Assembly: GCA_964016885.1 (NCBI GenBank)
Contig: CAXHJY010000193.1
Coordinates: 5,893 to 69,892, forward strand
Direction of reading: 5' to 3'
DNA length: 64,000 nt
Source of the DNA: Eledone cirrhosa
Lineage: Eukaryota
A model generated the notes under the pieces. It saw only the letters and a program-made list of their open reading frames with translations, made no database searches and was not told the origin of the DNA. This document shows, piece after piece, positions 28,848-41,690 of the stretch; position 1 is the stretch's first letter; every line of letters starts with the position of its first letter. Made by a program: the position numbers and the translations under genes.

Positions 28848-28891
<44 letters not shown>

Positions 28892-28933
28892 GAAAGGTAT
28901 AGAAAGTATTGTAGCAAGAAGCCAACAAGTATT

Positions 28934-28988
<55 letters not shown>

Positions 28989-29239
28989 TGTGTGTATGTA
29001 TACCCTGTCTCTCACACACATATATATGTCCGTACGTTTGGGTTTACAAACACGAGGAAAAAGTGCTCAATACCAAAATAGAGAATATATATATATATTT
29101 CACGTACACACGCTCACAGTCTATTATATATGTATGCACATACAGTATTACACATACACACGCACACACGCCGTACAATGAGTGAAATTGACTTGAGGCG
29201 CTTGTCAGATATACATAATAAACGGGGTGTGGCCTTCGT

Positions 29240-30140
29240 AGTTTGTTGAGACACAGGTCAGCCCTTATCAAAGGCGTTCCGATCGTGACTATCCCGTCAG
29301 ATTATATATCAAGGACTACAGTATCCAATGCATCTTATCTAAAAAAAAAAAAAACGTATTGTGATTTGAGAGAGAGAGAGATGTAGCTACTATTTCTAGC
29401 GGGTCAAACGACCGTGTACTGTTGCCGTTGCGAATGTTTAGCCTCTTGTCTCAATCCCGATCGAGCAGACTTATGTATGATCAGTCAGTCGTTCCAGCCG
29501 TGACCATTCGGTCTTCTTTTTTTTTTAACGGTTATGTATGACTGCATAGGATTTAGCTACTGTTTCTAACAGGTCAAATGACCACTGAGACACTCCATCG
29601 TTGTGGCGGCGGCGGCATGCATATTTGCTGGTGGTGGTGGTGGTCTTGACACTACTAGTAGTAGTAGTAGATAACGAATAAAGGTTCTGTCGAGTGTGGT
29701 GTTGCTGGCGGTGGTGGTGGTGGTGGTGGTATACATAGCAGGGATAAGTACATATGAACTAGTATTTCTGGTGTCACTATTGGTGTTGTTGGTGGTGGTG
29801 TGATGCCAACTGCTGTTATTGTTGTTGTTGCTTTTAGCCCTAGCTCAAACCTAACCCGTGACGACACTATGATCTTCAGAAATTACCAAACAAAACCCCG
29901 CCCCGTATATTTTTGTAGATATACTTAGTATATCCACATCTACATTATCTAATGTGTCCTTTCTGTCTTCCTTGTTGTTGTTATTTTTTTAAAGACTGTT
30001 AGGGGTATTCCGGGCGTGACCATCATGTCTTTTTTTTTTTTGAGGAGCGTGTCGGATTACACAAACACACCTCCTCCTCCTGTCGGATATGATATGATTT
30101 GATATAGATTTAACTGCTGTTTTTAGCAGTGCACCTAGCC
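29240..30140 (+). repeat. Cluster of a dispersed repeat family (TTCCAGCCGTGACCAT...GCTACTATTTCTAGC)
   Basis: Three or four degenerate copies here; related pieces at ~27890-28060 and on the minus strand at ~37810-37890. Confidence 0.5.
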
Positions 30141-30177
30141 TTGCGTGCAACACTCACGCGTACACACACACACGCAC

Positions 30178-30255
30178 ACGGTGTCTGAAAAAATGTATGC
30201 ACACTTCAACAGCATTCTAATTTAAGTGTGTATACATTTTCGGGGACACCCTGTA
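30178..30255. mobile_element. Tc1/mariner-type MITE remnant
   Basis: GGTGTCTGAAAAAATGTATGCACAC ... GTGTGTATACATTTTCGGGGACACCCTGTA inverted termini. Confidence 0.55.
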
Positions 30256-30356
30256 TATTTATATACGATACATACATATAGTATGTACACACACACACAC
30301 ACACACACACACCACACACCACACACCACACACCACACCACACACCACACACCACA

Positions 30357-30389
<33 letters not shown>

Positions 30390-30433
30390 ACACACCACCA
30401 CACCACACCACACACCACACACCACACACCACA

Positions 30434-30469
<36 letters not shown>

Positions 30470-30706
30470 CCGTGCTCACGTTCTCATACAGGCCAGCTAC
30501 CGAAACCAACCATCAGGGCACAAGCAGACAGAATTAGGCGGACATGCAGAGATAGATATATAGATAGATAATGGGAGAGAGGGGGGAGGGGTATGCAGAA
30601 ACAGAAAGGGATATATAGAGATAAAGGGAGAGAGAGGGGGGGGTATGCAGAAAGGGATATCTCTTTCTCTCTCTCCACACACACACATCCCTCTCTGCAT
30701 ACCCAC

Positions 30707-30803
<97 letters not shown>

Positions 30804-31015
30804 TATGCAGAGAGGGATGTGTGGAGAGAGAGAGGGGGTGGATATGCAGGGGGATATATATATAGAAATAAAGGGAGAGGAGGGAGAGATAGATGAGTGG
30901 GGAGAGGGATATATATATAGAGAGAGAAGGGGGATGCATTTCTCTCTTTTTTATTACTTTCTGCATTTTGCTGCTATTACTAACTACAACCACTAACTAG
31001 TACTGCCACTATCAC

Positions 31016-31055
<40 letters not shown>

Positions 31056-32430
31056 TAACCACCACTACTATTGGTACTACCTCTACTACTACTACTACTT
31101 CCACCATTACTAACTACTATTACTACTACTCCAGCTAATACTACTACTACTACTTCCACCATTATTAACTACTACTACTACTCCTACTACTACTACTACT
31201 GTCACCACTAATTACCATAACCACCACCACTACAGCTATTACTATCACCACTAACCACCACTATCACTACTATTATCACCACTAACCACCACTACTACTA
31301 TCACCACTACCACCACCACCACTACTACCACCACCACTACCACCACCACCACTACTACTACTACTACAATAGAGAAGGCAGACCTTTACTGTGATCAGCT
31401 AAAATAGCAAGAAGAAAGAATTGATTGTTCTATTAATAGAATCATATTTGAAAACAGTGATTTATTTTATTATTATTATTATTATTAACATTATCAATAT
31501 TATTATTATTGTAGAACTGTAGTTAGTGAGGATGGTTAGTGTGTTGGTAGAAATGTATCGAAGTATTTTAGTTCTAGTCCCCAGCTCTACAGTTTGATTT
31601 GATTTCGAATCCCATTGAAGTAGGCTTTGCTTTTCATTCATCGATGGCTGGGTAACATAAAGTAAAGCCTCCAGTGGGGGGAAATGCCTTCTCTATTCTG
31701 TCCACCGGGGCCGCGGGGCAGGACGGAAGTACCAGTCAATTATTGGTGTTGATGTAATCCACTTCCTACCCCCCGATTCCCTCCTCCATAAATAGCTGGT
31801 CTTGTCCCTTAATCAGGAATCATTGATGTACCAGTCAATTCTTTCTCTTTCTCACTCCCTCTCTCTCTCACTTTCTATCCTTCTCTAGAAGAAATCTGCT
31901 GTGTTCACATCTGGAGAGGGATGGGCTCTGCCAGGCTTAAAAATGCCTAAGAAACACCATATGCCAAAATGGAACCCCTACGACTCCATGCCATGCCAAA
32001 GAACTGGGTTGATTTAATCACCCCCCCCCCCCATATTTCTGGCCTTGTACCTTAATTACAAATCCTTATTATTGTAGGGAATTGGCTTGGCAGAACCATT
32101 AGTACTTTGCAGTATTGGTCCTGGTTTTAAATCCTGCCGAGGTCAACTCAGACTTTTGTCCTTTAAGGGGTGTGGGGAGTGGTGGTGATAAAATAAAGTA
32201 TCAGTTACATACTGGGGTTGATATATAAGATGAGTTAGATTGGGTGTTACAGTATGGAAGTAGACAGGTCAGATGGCTGTCATGCTCATTATAACAGGAG
32301 TGTGGAGAGGTTAATTCATTTAACACTTTTGTGATCATATTTCTAACAAGAATATATTCTGTCTTTGTGTTTTAATTATGAAAATAATTAAAAATTATGA
32401 AACATTTACAGAAATAACTTTCAACTTAAT

Positions 32431-32647
32431 AATGGTTTCTGATTTAGGCACAAGACCAGCAATTTTGAGGGAGGGAAAAGTTGATTAAATCAACTTCATT
32501 ATGTTACTGGTACTTTAATTTATTGAGCCTGTAAAGATGAAAGGCAAAGCTAACCTTGGAGGTATTTGAACTCAGAACATAATGTACTGTAACTCAATGC
32601 CACAAAGCATGGTGTCCGACACTCTACCAATTCTGCCAATCCACTGC
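32431..32647 (-). mobile_element. tRNA-derived SINE (same family as 39421)
   Basis: Reverse complement has a TTGGCAGAATTGGTAGAG A-box, GAGTTCAAAT B-box and the CTTTGCCTTTCATC core. Confidence 0.75.
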
Positions 32648-32778
32648 TTTTCAACTTAATAATAAAAGACATATTTAACTACTGAAATCTAATATTATCT
32701 GTTGTATAATAATGGAATTTCAGTCAAAGGTTTAAATTTAAATTTTAATACTTTAATAGGAGTGAATTGTGGCAGGGT

Positions 32779-32815
<37 letters not shown>

Positions 32816-32979
32816 GGTTAAAATAGTGATTCTCAGAGACCCAGGTCACATCTCCCCCCCTTATAATCCCAAGTTTCACTCATTTTGAATTGTCATTAGG
32901 TAACTTTTCACCCAAGCACCATATTAACATGAGCGAGCTTTTCAAACCTCAGGAATTGTATAGTCCAAAACAGGATTAA

Positions 32980-33178
32980 CCCTTTAGCATTTACATTACT
33001 CTATATATAAACTATTGTATTTTTGTGATAACTCATAATATTCAATCTACGAGATTTTGATGTTATTTATTTTGAGAACACTACCTTAACGTCAGTATGA
33101 GTGGCTAGTTACGGCTGGTTTGAATAGAAAGAGGTGAGAGAATTCTGGCTGGAAATGGCCAGCTTAAATACTTAAGGG
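32980..33178. mobile_element. piggyBac-type MITE
   Basis: TTAA-CCCTTTAGCATTTA ... TAAATACTTAAGGG-TTAA; body similar to the 14821 copy in reverse orientation. Confidence 0.85.
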
Positions 33179-34114
33179 TTAAAGTACTAAATCCTTCCAA
33201 ATTCTTGATTTATTCTCAGTTTTCTGAAAAATTGTAGGCAATGTGTTTTATTCGAAATATGGTAAGAAAAAAAAGTCAATGACATAGGCAGACTCTTTCA
33301 CAAGAAATATAGTGAAGAAAAGGTTAATAACATAAGCAATGGGTTTCATTAGGAATATGGTTAGGTAAAGTTAATATAAAAAAATATCTTTACAGATCTT
33401 GGCTATTTCTAAAGAAATACAATAGTAAGTATAGAGTAATGTAAATGCTAAAGGGTTAACTAGCTTTCTCATTATTAAGCTCATGTTTGGAACATAACTC
33501 AACAGAAGTCTTTACATAAAATTATGAAGGAAGGTTTTTATATAAATATAAAATAGTTTTGTATTGTAGAACCACGGGTGTTTTCAAGCAGTTTAGTATC
33601 AGAATAGTTTTAACTATTACAAATAGGAAGTTATAATAAAAATTACTGGTCTTTTTATTTCTTTTTTATTTATATTATATTTATTTTTAAACATGAAATT
33701 ACAAAATTGTATTCACAAAAAAAAACACCTAATTAAACTGAAATTATATTCCTTCAGATGTTGTTGTTTTGTATTTATTTCTGTATTTATTATTATTATT
33801 GTTTTTTAAAGAAATTATTATTTAGTTTTGCTAGTTTAATAAAAAGCTTGGTCACAAGGTCACACTGACTGTTGTTGAGCTGTTTCAGCTCTCATGTCCA
33901 TAAAAGTCATGGCTTGGCTTGGCAAATATTACTAGACACAGACATGGCAGTATGGTTAAGGAGTTTGCATTGCAAATCATACAGTGCTGGCTTCAGTCTT
34001 CACTGTGTAGCATCAGCTTGGGCTAGTGTCTCCTATGACAGCCACAGGTTGGGAATTTGGTAGGCAGAAACTGAAAAAAACCTTTTTATATATATATATA
34101 TACACACAAACAGA

Positions 34115-34152
<38 letters not shown>

Positions 34153-34159
34153 CTCGCTC

Positions 34160-34206
<47 letters not shown>

Positions 34207-34370
34207 GACAATTTATTCTTACAAAATGATCAATTTTGTGAGCAGCTACCATAGTGAAACAACATGGTAATTTGTAAGAATAAATTATGTTAAATAAACA
34301 TACATTCACTTCAATATGATTGAGTACTCATTTCAAATGAAATCATTCTCCCTTACTCCCATAATAATAA

Positions 34371-34587
34371 TGGCTTCTGATTTAGGCACAAGACCAGCAA
34401 TTTTGGGGAGGGAAAAGTCGATTAAATCGACTCCAGTGTGTGACTGGTACTTTATTTTATCAAACCCTGTAAGGATGAAAGGCAAAGCTAACCTCGGTGG
34501 ATTTCAACTCAGAACGTAAAGGGCCGTGACTCTATGCTACAAAGCATGGTGTCCGACACTCAATCAACACTGATAACCCACTGCCCT
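34371..34587 (-). mobile_element. tRNA-derived SINE
   Basis: Reverse complement of the family consensus, including GGATGAAAGGCAAAG and GACTGGTACTTTATTTTATC. Confidence 0.75.
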
Positions 34588-34677
34588 AATAATAATAATA
34601 ATAAAAAAAAAAATATATGTTAACATTTATGTCTGTCTCATATTATGATGATAATAATTTTTTTTTTCTTCTTCCAG

Positions 34678-34732
34678 TTTTTTAGATAGAGTTCATATAG
34701 TAAAGTCTGCAGACTATACACCAACAGAACAG
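34678..34732 (+). CDS. GNAS: Gs-alpha exon (equivalent to human exon 7): (Y)FLDRVHIVKSADYTPTEQ
   Basis: Polypyrimidine tract plus CAG acceptor, GTAATT donor, 55 nt. Phase joins the next exon; DYxPxxQ/D G-alpha motif. Confidence 0.9.
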
Positions 34733-35177
34733 GTAATTACTTCCTCTTACTGTGTTTGTATGTGTGTTTGTGAAATTGCATGCTGCTAGGTGGCTGATGA
34801 GGTAGAAATGTAGATGTTGTGTTTTTGTGTTTATCTTATATATATATATATATATATCTGGTTTGTTTTTATGTCTGCATTTTCTACTGATATATATATA
34901 TATATATACACACGCACACACGTGTGTTTATACATGTAAGGACGTGTGTATATATACATGTACGTGTGTGTGAGACTATATCGTGTGTGCATACATATGT
35001 GTGTATGTGTATGAGACCTATATTAGAGTACAATGCCAACCCAAATCCCCCCTGGGTAGGCCGGCAGTCTATCGCAAGGTTAACTGCTGCTTCCGTTGCT
35101 GCTGGTGCTCATTTTCAGTTGACTGGACATTAGCTATGTCAAATTATTTGTTTACAATCACATATATATATATATAC

Positions 35178-35228
<51 letters not shown>

Positions 35229-35308
35229 CGTATATATATGTGTATATGTGTATGTATATATATATATATATATATAATGTGTGTGTATATGTGTATATAT
35301 ACATATAC

Positions 35309-35339
<31 letters not shown>

Positions 35340-35617
35340 CATATATATATATACATATATATATATATGTGTATAGTGAAAGAGAGAGAGGCAAGCCTGG
35401 AAAAACCCGGACGTAAAAAGAATAATGGTGATACATATATACGCCCTCACCTCCCACGCATATACATATATACATACACACGCGCACGCACGCACACACA
35501 CATACACACACGCACACGCATACACACACACACGTGTGTATGTCTGTTTATATATATATATATGTGTGTGTGTGTATATATATTACCCGTGCTAGCGTGG
35601 AAGATGAAGGTTAAACG

Positions 35618-35671
<54 letters not shown>

Positions 35672-36384
35672 TACACACTTGGCCCTGTATGTATATATTT
35701 AGTAACTTAACTACACACGTTTTCACATGTCCATGAACTAATTCTATCGAGTAATTCACCTGTTTATTAAATTTTCCATATATGGTATTGGATCGCAGTA
35801 CAACCTGTTGTTGTTGTCGTTGTCGTTCATGCTGTTGTTGTTGATGGTGTGTTATCGTTGTTAGTGATGTTGTTGTTGGTGGTGGTGGTGTTAGTGATGT
35901 TGTTGTCATCGCTGTTGGTGGTGTTGTCATCGCTGATGTTATCGTTTTTGTTGTTGGTGATGTTGTTGTTGTTGTTGTTGTTGTTGCTGATGTTAATGTT
36001 GTGGTATTGTTAGTAGTGCGGATTTTGTTACTCTGGTGTTGTCATTGTTGTTGTTATTGATGTCGTTGTTGTTGATATTCTTGTTGTTTTATTGAGGTGG
36101 TTGTTGTTTTGATTGATGATGGGATTGCTGTTGTCGTTTAGCCACAAACCTTGTAGTTTATTATAGATGTTCAATCCCTGATCATCCTATATAATTTTCA
36201 GGACTACCTTAACTAATGCAGTCCTTTTTTTTAAACCCAAACTACCCAATCTTACCCTTAATTCTATGATATAAAACTGTCCATTTTAAAGTATTTCATT
36301 TAAATTTAAATCTGCTCTCAAAATTTTATATAAAAAGTAACATTAGTCGATAGAGTGTAGCTCAGAGATCAGAGAATCACTCCA

Positions 36385-36665
36385 GGTAGAGCCATTACTT
36401 CTCTGAATTGAGAGATCACAGCTCCTAGACTATGGGCATGATGTTAGAATGTCTCAGGAAAGAATCGCTAGACAGATTTTATAAGCAAAAACCAACCGGC
36501 AAGAGGCCCAGGGGTAGAGCTCAAGCAATATGGTTGGATAACATCCATAATCTCTGTTGGTCTCGCTTGGGGATCCAACCGGATCAGTTGGAGATGGTTG
36601 CTTCTGACAGGACCCACTGGAAGGAATGTTTGAGGACTCTGACCGCACAATCCTCTCAGAAATAA
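36385..36665 (+). mobile_element. Decayed RTE-clade LINE 3' fragment
   Basis: VEPLLL*IERSQL..YGH..RM..ERIARQIL..PTGKRPRGR..W with stops and a frameshift. Confidence 0.65.
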
Positions 36666-36984
36666 GTGCCCTTCACTTGGACAGATAGAATTTCTTTGTT
36701 GCCAGCACATTTCATAGGTCCCTAAACTTATTTTTACCTTGTTCTTTGTCAACTTTATCTTTTATCCCTCCAGAGCTCAGTAGAATAAATCCATTAAGTC
36801 CATTACTAGGGTCAATTTAACCAACTCCCTTCCTCTTCCTCACCCCTCCTCTTCCCTACCCCTCTTCTACTTCCCCACCCCTCCCCCTCCTAATTCATCA
36901 CCCCTCCCCCTCCTCTTCCCCCTCCTCCTCTTCCTCACCCCCTCCTCATCTATTGCTGATCTTGTGCCTAAAATTAGAAACTGT

Positions 36985-37215
36985 TAGAGGCTGTGAAATG
37001 GCTGGGTTGTTGGAGCATCGGACAAAATACTTTGCTGTATTTGTTCTGACTCTTTATATTCTCAGTTCAAATTCTACAGAGGTCAACTTTGCCTTTCATC
37101 CTTTCGGTGTTGAAGTAACAAAGTACCAGTCAACTACTGGGGTTGATATGATTGACTCCCCTCAACCTCCAAAAATTGCTGGCCTTTTGCCAAAATTAGA
37201 AGCTATTATTATTAT
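36985..37215 (+). mobile_element. tRNA-derived SINE
   Basis: AGTTCAAATTC B-box, GAGGTCAACTTTGCCTTTCATCCTTTCGG core, GCTGGCCTT..AGAA end and (ATT)n tail. Confidence 0.7.
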
Positions 37216-37354
37216 TATCGACTCTTACATACATACACACATATATATGCTCTCACATGTACACTCATATTCACATACACACACTCACACATTTACACTT
37301 TTACATACACATAATTATACTCATACATTCATATACACATTCATTTAGACTGAA

Positions 37355-37419
<65 letters not shown>

Positions 37420-38468
37420 ATCATACTCATACAAACACATATACACTCTTACACACACACACATTCAATTATTCAGACTGAATCACACACTCACAGTCGC
37501 ACACATACATACAGACATTCTTTAGAATTCGACATGTGATTTCATACCCAGCACCACCTCCTCCAACTTTCCTTCCCCTCCACCTTCAACTTTCCCTCCT
37601 AGTAAAAAAAACTTCAGAGTTCATTAGCCTCTTTATCAAGGGACGTAACTCTACTTTCCAGAACATTCTATATAAATCTAAACTGCCCTAGCCATCGAGG
37701 TAGTCTCTATGTCATTCTAAACCGTGCTCATATTTCAATCTACTGCCTTACACTGCCCTCCAACGAAATATGAAGCACATTCTGGATAATGCATTCCTAA
37801 GTACACTGTCTGAATGCGATAGGATGGTCACGGCTGGAATATCTTTCATCATAGGTTTGCTGTACCAGAGCTTGACATGGGGTGAAACACAACTATTAAA
37901 AATAGTAGCTTAATTTCCCCTCATCTCACGTCGCCTTACATTATCTGATCCAGCTCTTTGAACTCTTCTAAGTTCAAATTCAGCCTCGCATCACTGGGCC
38001 CCTTGTGAGAGGAAACAAGATATATGGGACTTAGCTAATTGTGATAGGACCCTCTAATGTCAAAACAGAACAACCTGTTGATTGCAGCAGCACTGAAGTG
38101 AGACATACAGGCCTCCTTGTAGTGGACAGCAGGACCTATGAGACCCGAGACCTTAGGATCTTCAATATCGGAGTGAGTGATGTGATGATTGGATCCACCT
38201 CTCAATCACACCCATACCCTGCATTACAACAAGTATTTTAAGGTCATTTTCCCACCTCCTATCACTGAAACACCTATCATATTTCTGCCAGGAATTACAA
38301 CAGACAAATTGTATCAGCAATAAAAATGACCAATAGAGACATAGTTTACTAGGTCTAATCTCACTGAACCAGGTTCTTTCTTTTCTTTCACTGTACTCCA
38401 TAATATCAGGTTTGTCTAATCCTTATTTATCTGAGACATATCTGAGACATATCTTTACTCTTTTACAG

Positions 38469-38542
38469 GATATATTAAGGTGTCGTGTATTAACATCTGG
38501 AATCTTTGAAACCCGATTTATTGTTGATAAAGTAAATTTCCA
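38469..38542 (+). CDS. GNAS: Gs-alpha exon (switch I): [24 protein letters not shown](H)
   Basis: TTACAG acceptor, GTAAGT donor, 74 nt. RCRVLTSG G2 motif with the catalytic Arg. Confidence 0.97.
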
Positions 38543-38679
38543 GTAAGTAATCAAATATATTTATTTGTTGTTCTTGTTCCTATTATTAAAAAACCCTAAG
38601 AAACCTCCTATGAGAAGGAAACCAGCTAAACTTACATAGGTGTGAGCTGTAACATTTAAATTTTGTTTTCTTTCCACAG

Positions 38680-38859
38680 TATGTTTGATGTAGGTGGCCA
38701 AAGAGATGAAAGAAGGAAGTGGATTCAATGTTTTAATGATGTCACTGCCATAATATTTGTCACTGCATGTAGCAGTTATAATCTGGTACTAAGAGAAGAT
38801 AACACCCAAAATAGACTTAAAGAATCTTTAGAATTGTTTCAAAGTATTTGGAATAATAG
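38680..38859 (+). CDS. GNAS: Gs-alpha exon (switch II/III): [59 protein letters not shown](R)
   Basis: CACAG acceptor, GTGAGC donor, 180 nt. DVGGQ G3 motif. Confidence 0.97.
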
Positions 38860-39420
38860 GTGAGCATAGTCTGTCTACTATTCTCTCCTATCAAACTCTT
38901 CCTCTTTCCCTATTTCATTTACACAAACCCTTTTTGTTCCATATTTTAATGTAAAACACTGGCTGGGATTTTCAAATCATTTTGAAAATAATCAAGAATT
39001 TGGAGTGATTTAGTGATATAACTAACCTTGCTTAAATGCAAAACACTGTCTGATGAAATCATGTCAGCTGTTGTTACAGTTGCATAATTGCACAATGTGC
39101 TGGCATTTCAGAAATGCACATAACGTCAAAGCATGGTGTCCGATACTGTCAATCCACAATGATGTAATTATACTAACCTGTCTTAACATTTATTAGTATA
39201 TATATATTATAAAGAGTTGGAACCCAATGGCTAACCTCTTGGCGTTTCAACAGCTGGTTCCAGACTCTTTATAATATAATCATACTCTCCTACCCCAAGT
39301 ATCGAGTACTGTTCAGTAATGATTTAACCAGTTTCAAGCTGATTTATATATATTATAATGATTTAACCAGTTTCATCCTGATTTATATATATTATGTATA
39401 TATATATATATATATATATA

Positions 39421-39614
39421 GGGCGGTGAATTGGTAGTATCGGTAGAGGGTCGGACGCCATGCTTTGCAGCAAAGAGTTACGGCCCTTTATGGTCTGAGT
39501 TCAAATCCCGCCGAGGTTAATTTTGCCTTTCATCCCTTACGGGGTCGATAAAATAAAGTACCAGTAATACACTGGGATAATTGCTGGCCTTGTGCCAAAA
39601 GTAGAAACAATTAT
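39421..39614 (+). mobile_element. tRNA-derived SINE with a Meta-domain-like core
   Basis: A-box TGGTAGTATCGG, B-box GAGTTCAAATCC, core TTTGCCTTTCATCCTTACGGGGTCGATAAAATAAAGTACCAG. The resemblance to the MetaSINE domain is from memory. Confidence 0.8.
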
Positions 39615-39686
39615 GTATATATATATATATATAATTAATAAACACACATATATATATCCTTATCCTTCTATTTTTCCCTTTCCTAG

Positions 39687-39817
39687 ATGGTTGAGAAGTA
39701 TCTCAGTAATTCTATTCTTGAATAAACAAGATTTATTGGCTGAGAAAGTGAAAGCTGGAAAGTCAAAAATCGAAACATATTTTGCTGATTTTGATCGTTA
39801 CATAACCCCTGTAGATG
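39687..39817 (+). CDS. GNAS: Gs-alpha exon: [43 protein letters not shown](A)
   Basis: CCTAG acceptor, GTAAGC donor, 131 nt. NKQD G4 motif. Confidence 0.96.
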
Positions 39818-40543
39818 GTAAGCAATCTATTATTTTACATAACCCCTGTAGATGGTAAGCAATCTATTATTTTACATAACCCCTGTAGATGGTAAGCAAT
39901 CTATTATTTTACATAACCCCTGTAGATGGTAAGCAATCTATTATTTTACATAACCCCTGTAGATGGTAAGCAATCTATTATTTTACATAACCCCTGTAGA
40001 TGGTAAGCAATCTATTATTTTACATAACCCCTGTAGATGGTAAGCAATCTATTATTTTACATAACCCCTGTAGATGGTAAGCAATCTATTATTTTACATA
40101 ACCCCTGTAGATGGTAAGCAATCTATTATTTTACATAACCCCTGTAGATGGTAAGCAATCTATTATTTTACATAACCCCTGTAGATGGTAAGCAATCTAT
40201 TATTTTACATAACCCCTGTAGATGGTAAGCAATCTATTATTTTACATAACCCCTTGTAGATGGTAAGCAATCTATTATTTTACATAACCCCTGTAGATGG
40301 TAAGCAATCTATTATTTTACATAACCCCTGTAGATGGTAAGCAATCTATTATTTTACATAACCCCTGTAGATGGTAAGCAATCTATTATTTTACATAACC
40401 CCTGTAGATGGTAAGCAATCTATTATTTTACATAACCCCTGTAGATGGTAAGCAATCTATTATTTTACATAACCCCTGTAGATGGTAAGCAATCTATTAT
40501 TTTACATAACCCCTGTAGATGGTAAGCAATCTATTATTTTACA
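39798..40543 (+). repeat. 37-bp minisatellite x20 spanning the exon/intron junction (TTACATAACCCCTGTAGATG|GTAAGCAATCTATTATT)
   Basis: CATAAC at 39801 and 40505 are 19x37+1 apart. Copies look identical except for one extra T near 40254. Confidence 0.97.
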
Positions 40544-40789
40544 GTCATTTTATCTCCTTTTTCTACGATCTGTGAATAATATTCTAAAGGGTCTCTACCT
40601 TAACTCATGATTAATACAGAAGACATGTCATGGATTGAACCTGGGAGGGCCACATGATGGCAATGTGAATGTTTTAACCACACTGTTATGTTGTTGTTTT
40701 TTCTGTTTATTTTTTGTTTTGTTAGGAAGGAAGGGACAGTACCCATGACCTGTGCTGTAGCCATAATCTTCATAGGACCCATGACCTTA

Positions 40790-41690
40790 GTACCCACGAC
40801 CTTCTCACTACCCACGACCTTCTCACTACCCACGACCTTCTCACTACCCACGACCTTCTCACTACCCACAACCTTCTCACTACCCACAACCTTCTCACTA
40901 CCCACGACCTTCTCAATACCCCCGATCTTCTCACTACCCACGACTTTCTCAATACCCCCGATCTTCTCACTACCCACAACCTTCTCACTACCCACAACCT
41001 TCTCACTACCCACGACCTTCTCACTACCCACGACCTTCTCATTACCCACAACCTTCTCACTACCCACGACCTTCTCACTACCCACAACCTTCTCACTACC
41101 CACAACCTTCTCACTACCCACGACCTTCTCACTACCCACAACCTTCTCAATACCCCCGATCTTCTCACTACCCACAACCTTCTCATTACCCACAACCTTC
41201 TCACTACCCACGACCTTCTCACTACCCACGACCTTCTCACTACCCACAACCTTCTCACTACCCACAACCTTCTCACTACCCACGGCCTTCTCACTACCCA
41301 CGGCCTTCTCACTACCCACAACCTTCTCACTACCCACGACCTTCTCAATACCCCCGATCTTCTCACTATCCACGACCTTCTCACTACCCACAACCTTCTC
41401 ATTACCCACAACCTTCTCAATACCCACAACCTTCTCACTACCCACGACCTTCTCACTACCCACGACCTTCTCACTACCCACAACCTTCTCACTACCCACA
41501 ACCTTCTCACTACCCACGACCTTCTCAATACCCCCGATCTTCTCACTACCCACGACCTTCTCACTACCCACAACCTTCTCATTACCCACAACCTTCTCAT
41601 TACCCACAACCTTCTCATTACCCACAACCTTCTCACTACCCACGACCTTCTCAATACCCCCGATCTTGTCACTATACACGACCTTCACAC
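40790..41690. repeat. 18-bp minisatellite (ACCTTCTCACTACCCAC[G/A]), ~49 copies with degenerate flanks from ~40740 to ~41900
   Basis: Directly visible; variant unit CCTTCTCAATACCCCCGAT is interspersed. Confidence 0.95.

Noticed and set aside
39798-40543. CRISPR-like 37-bp repeats
   Set aside because: No spacers, eukaryotic context and no cas genes; the unit derives from the GNAS splice junction.
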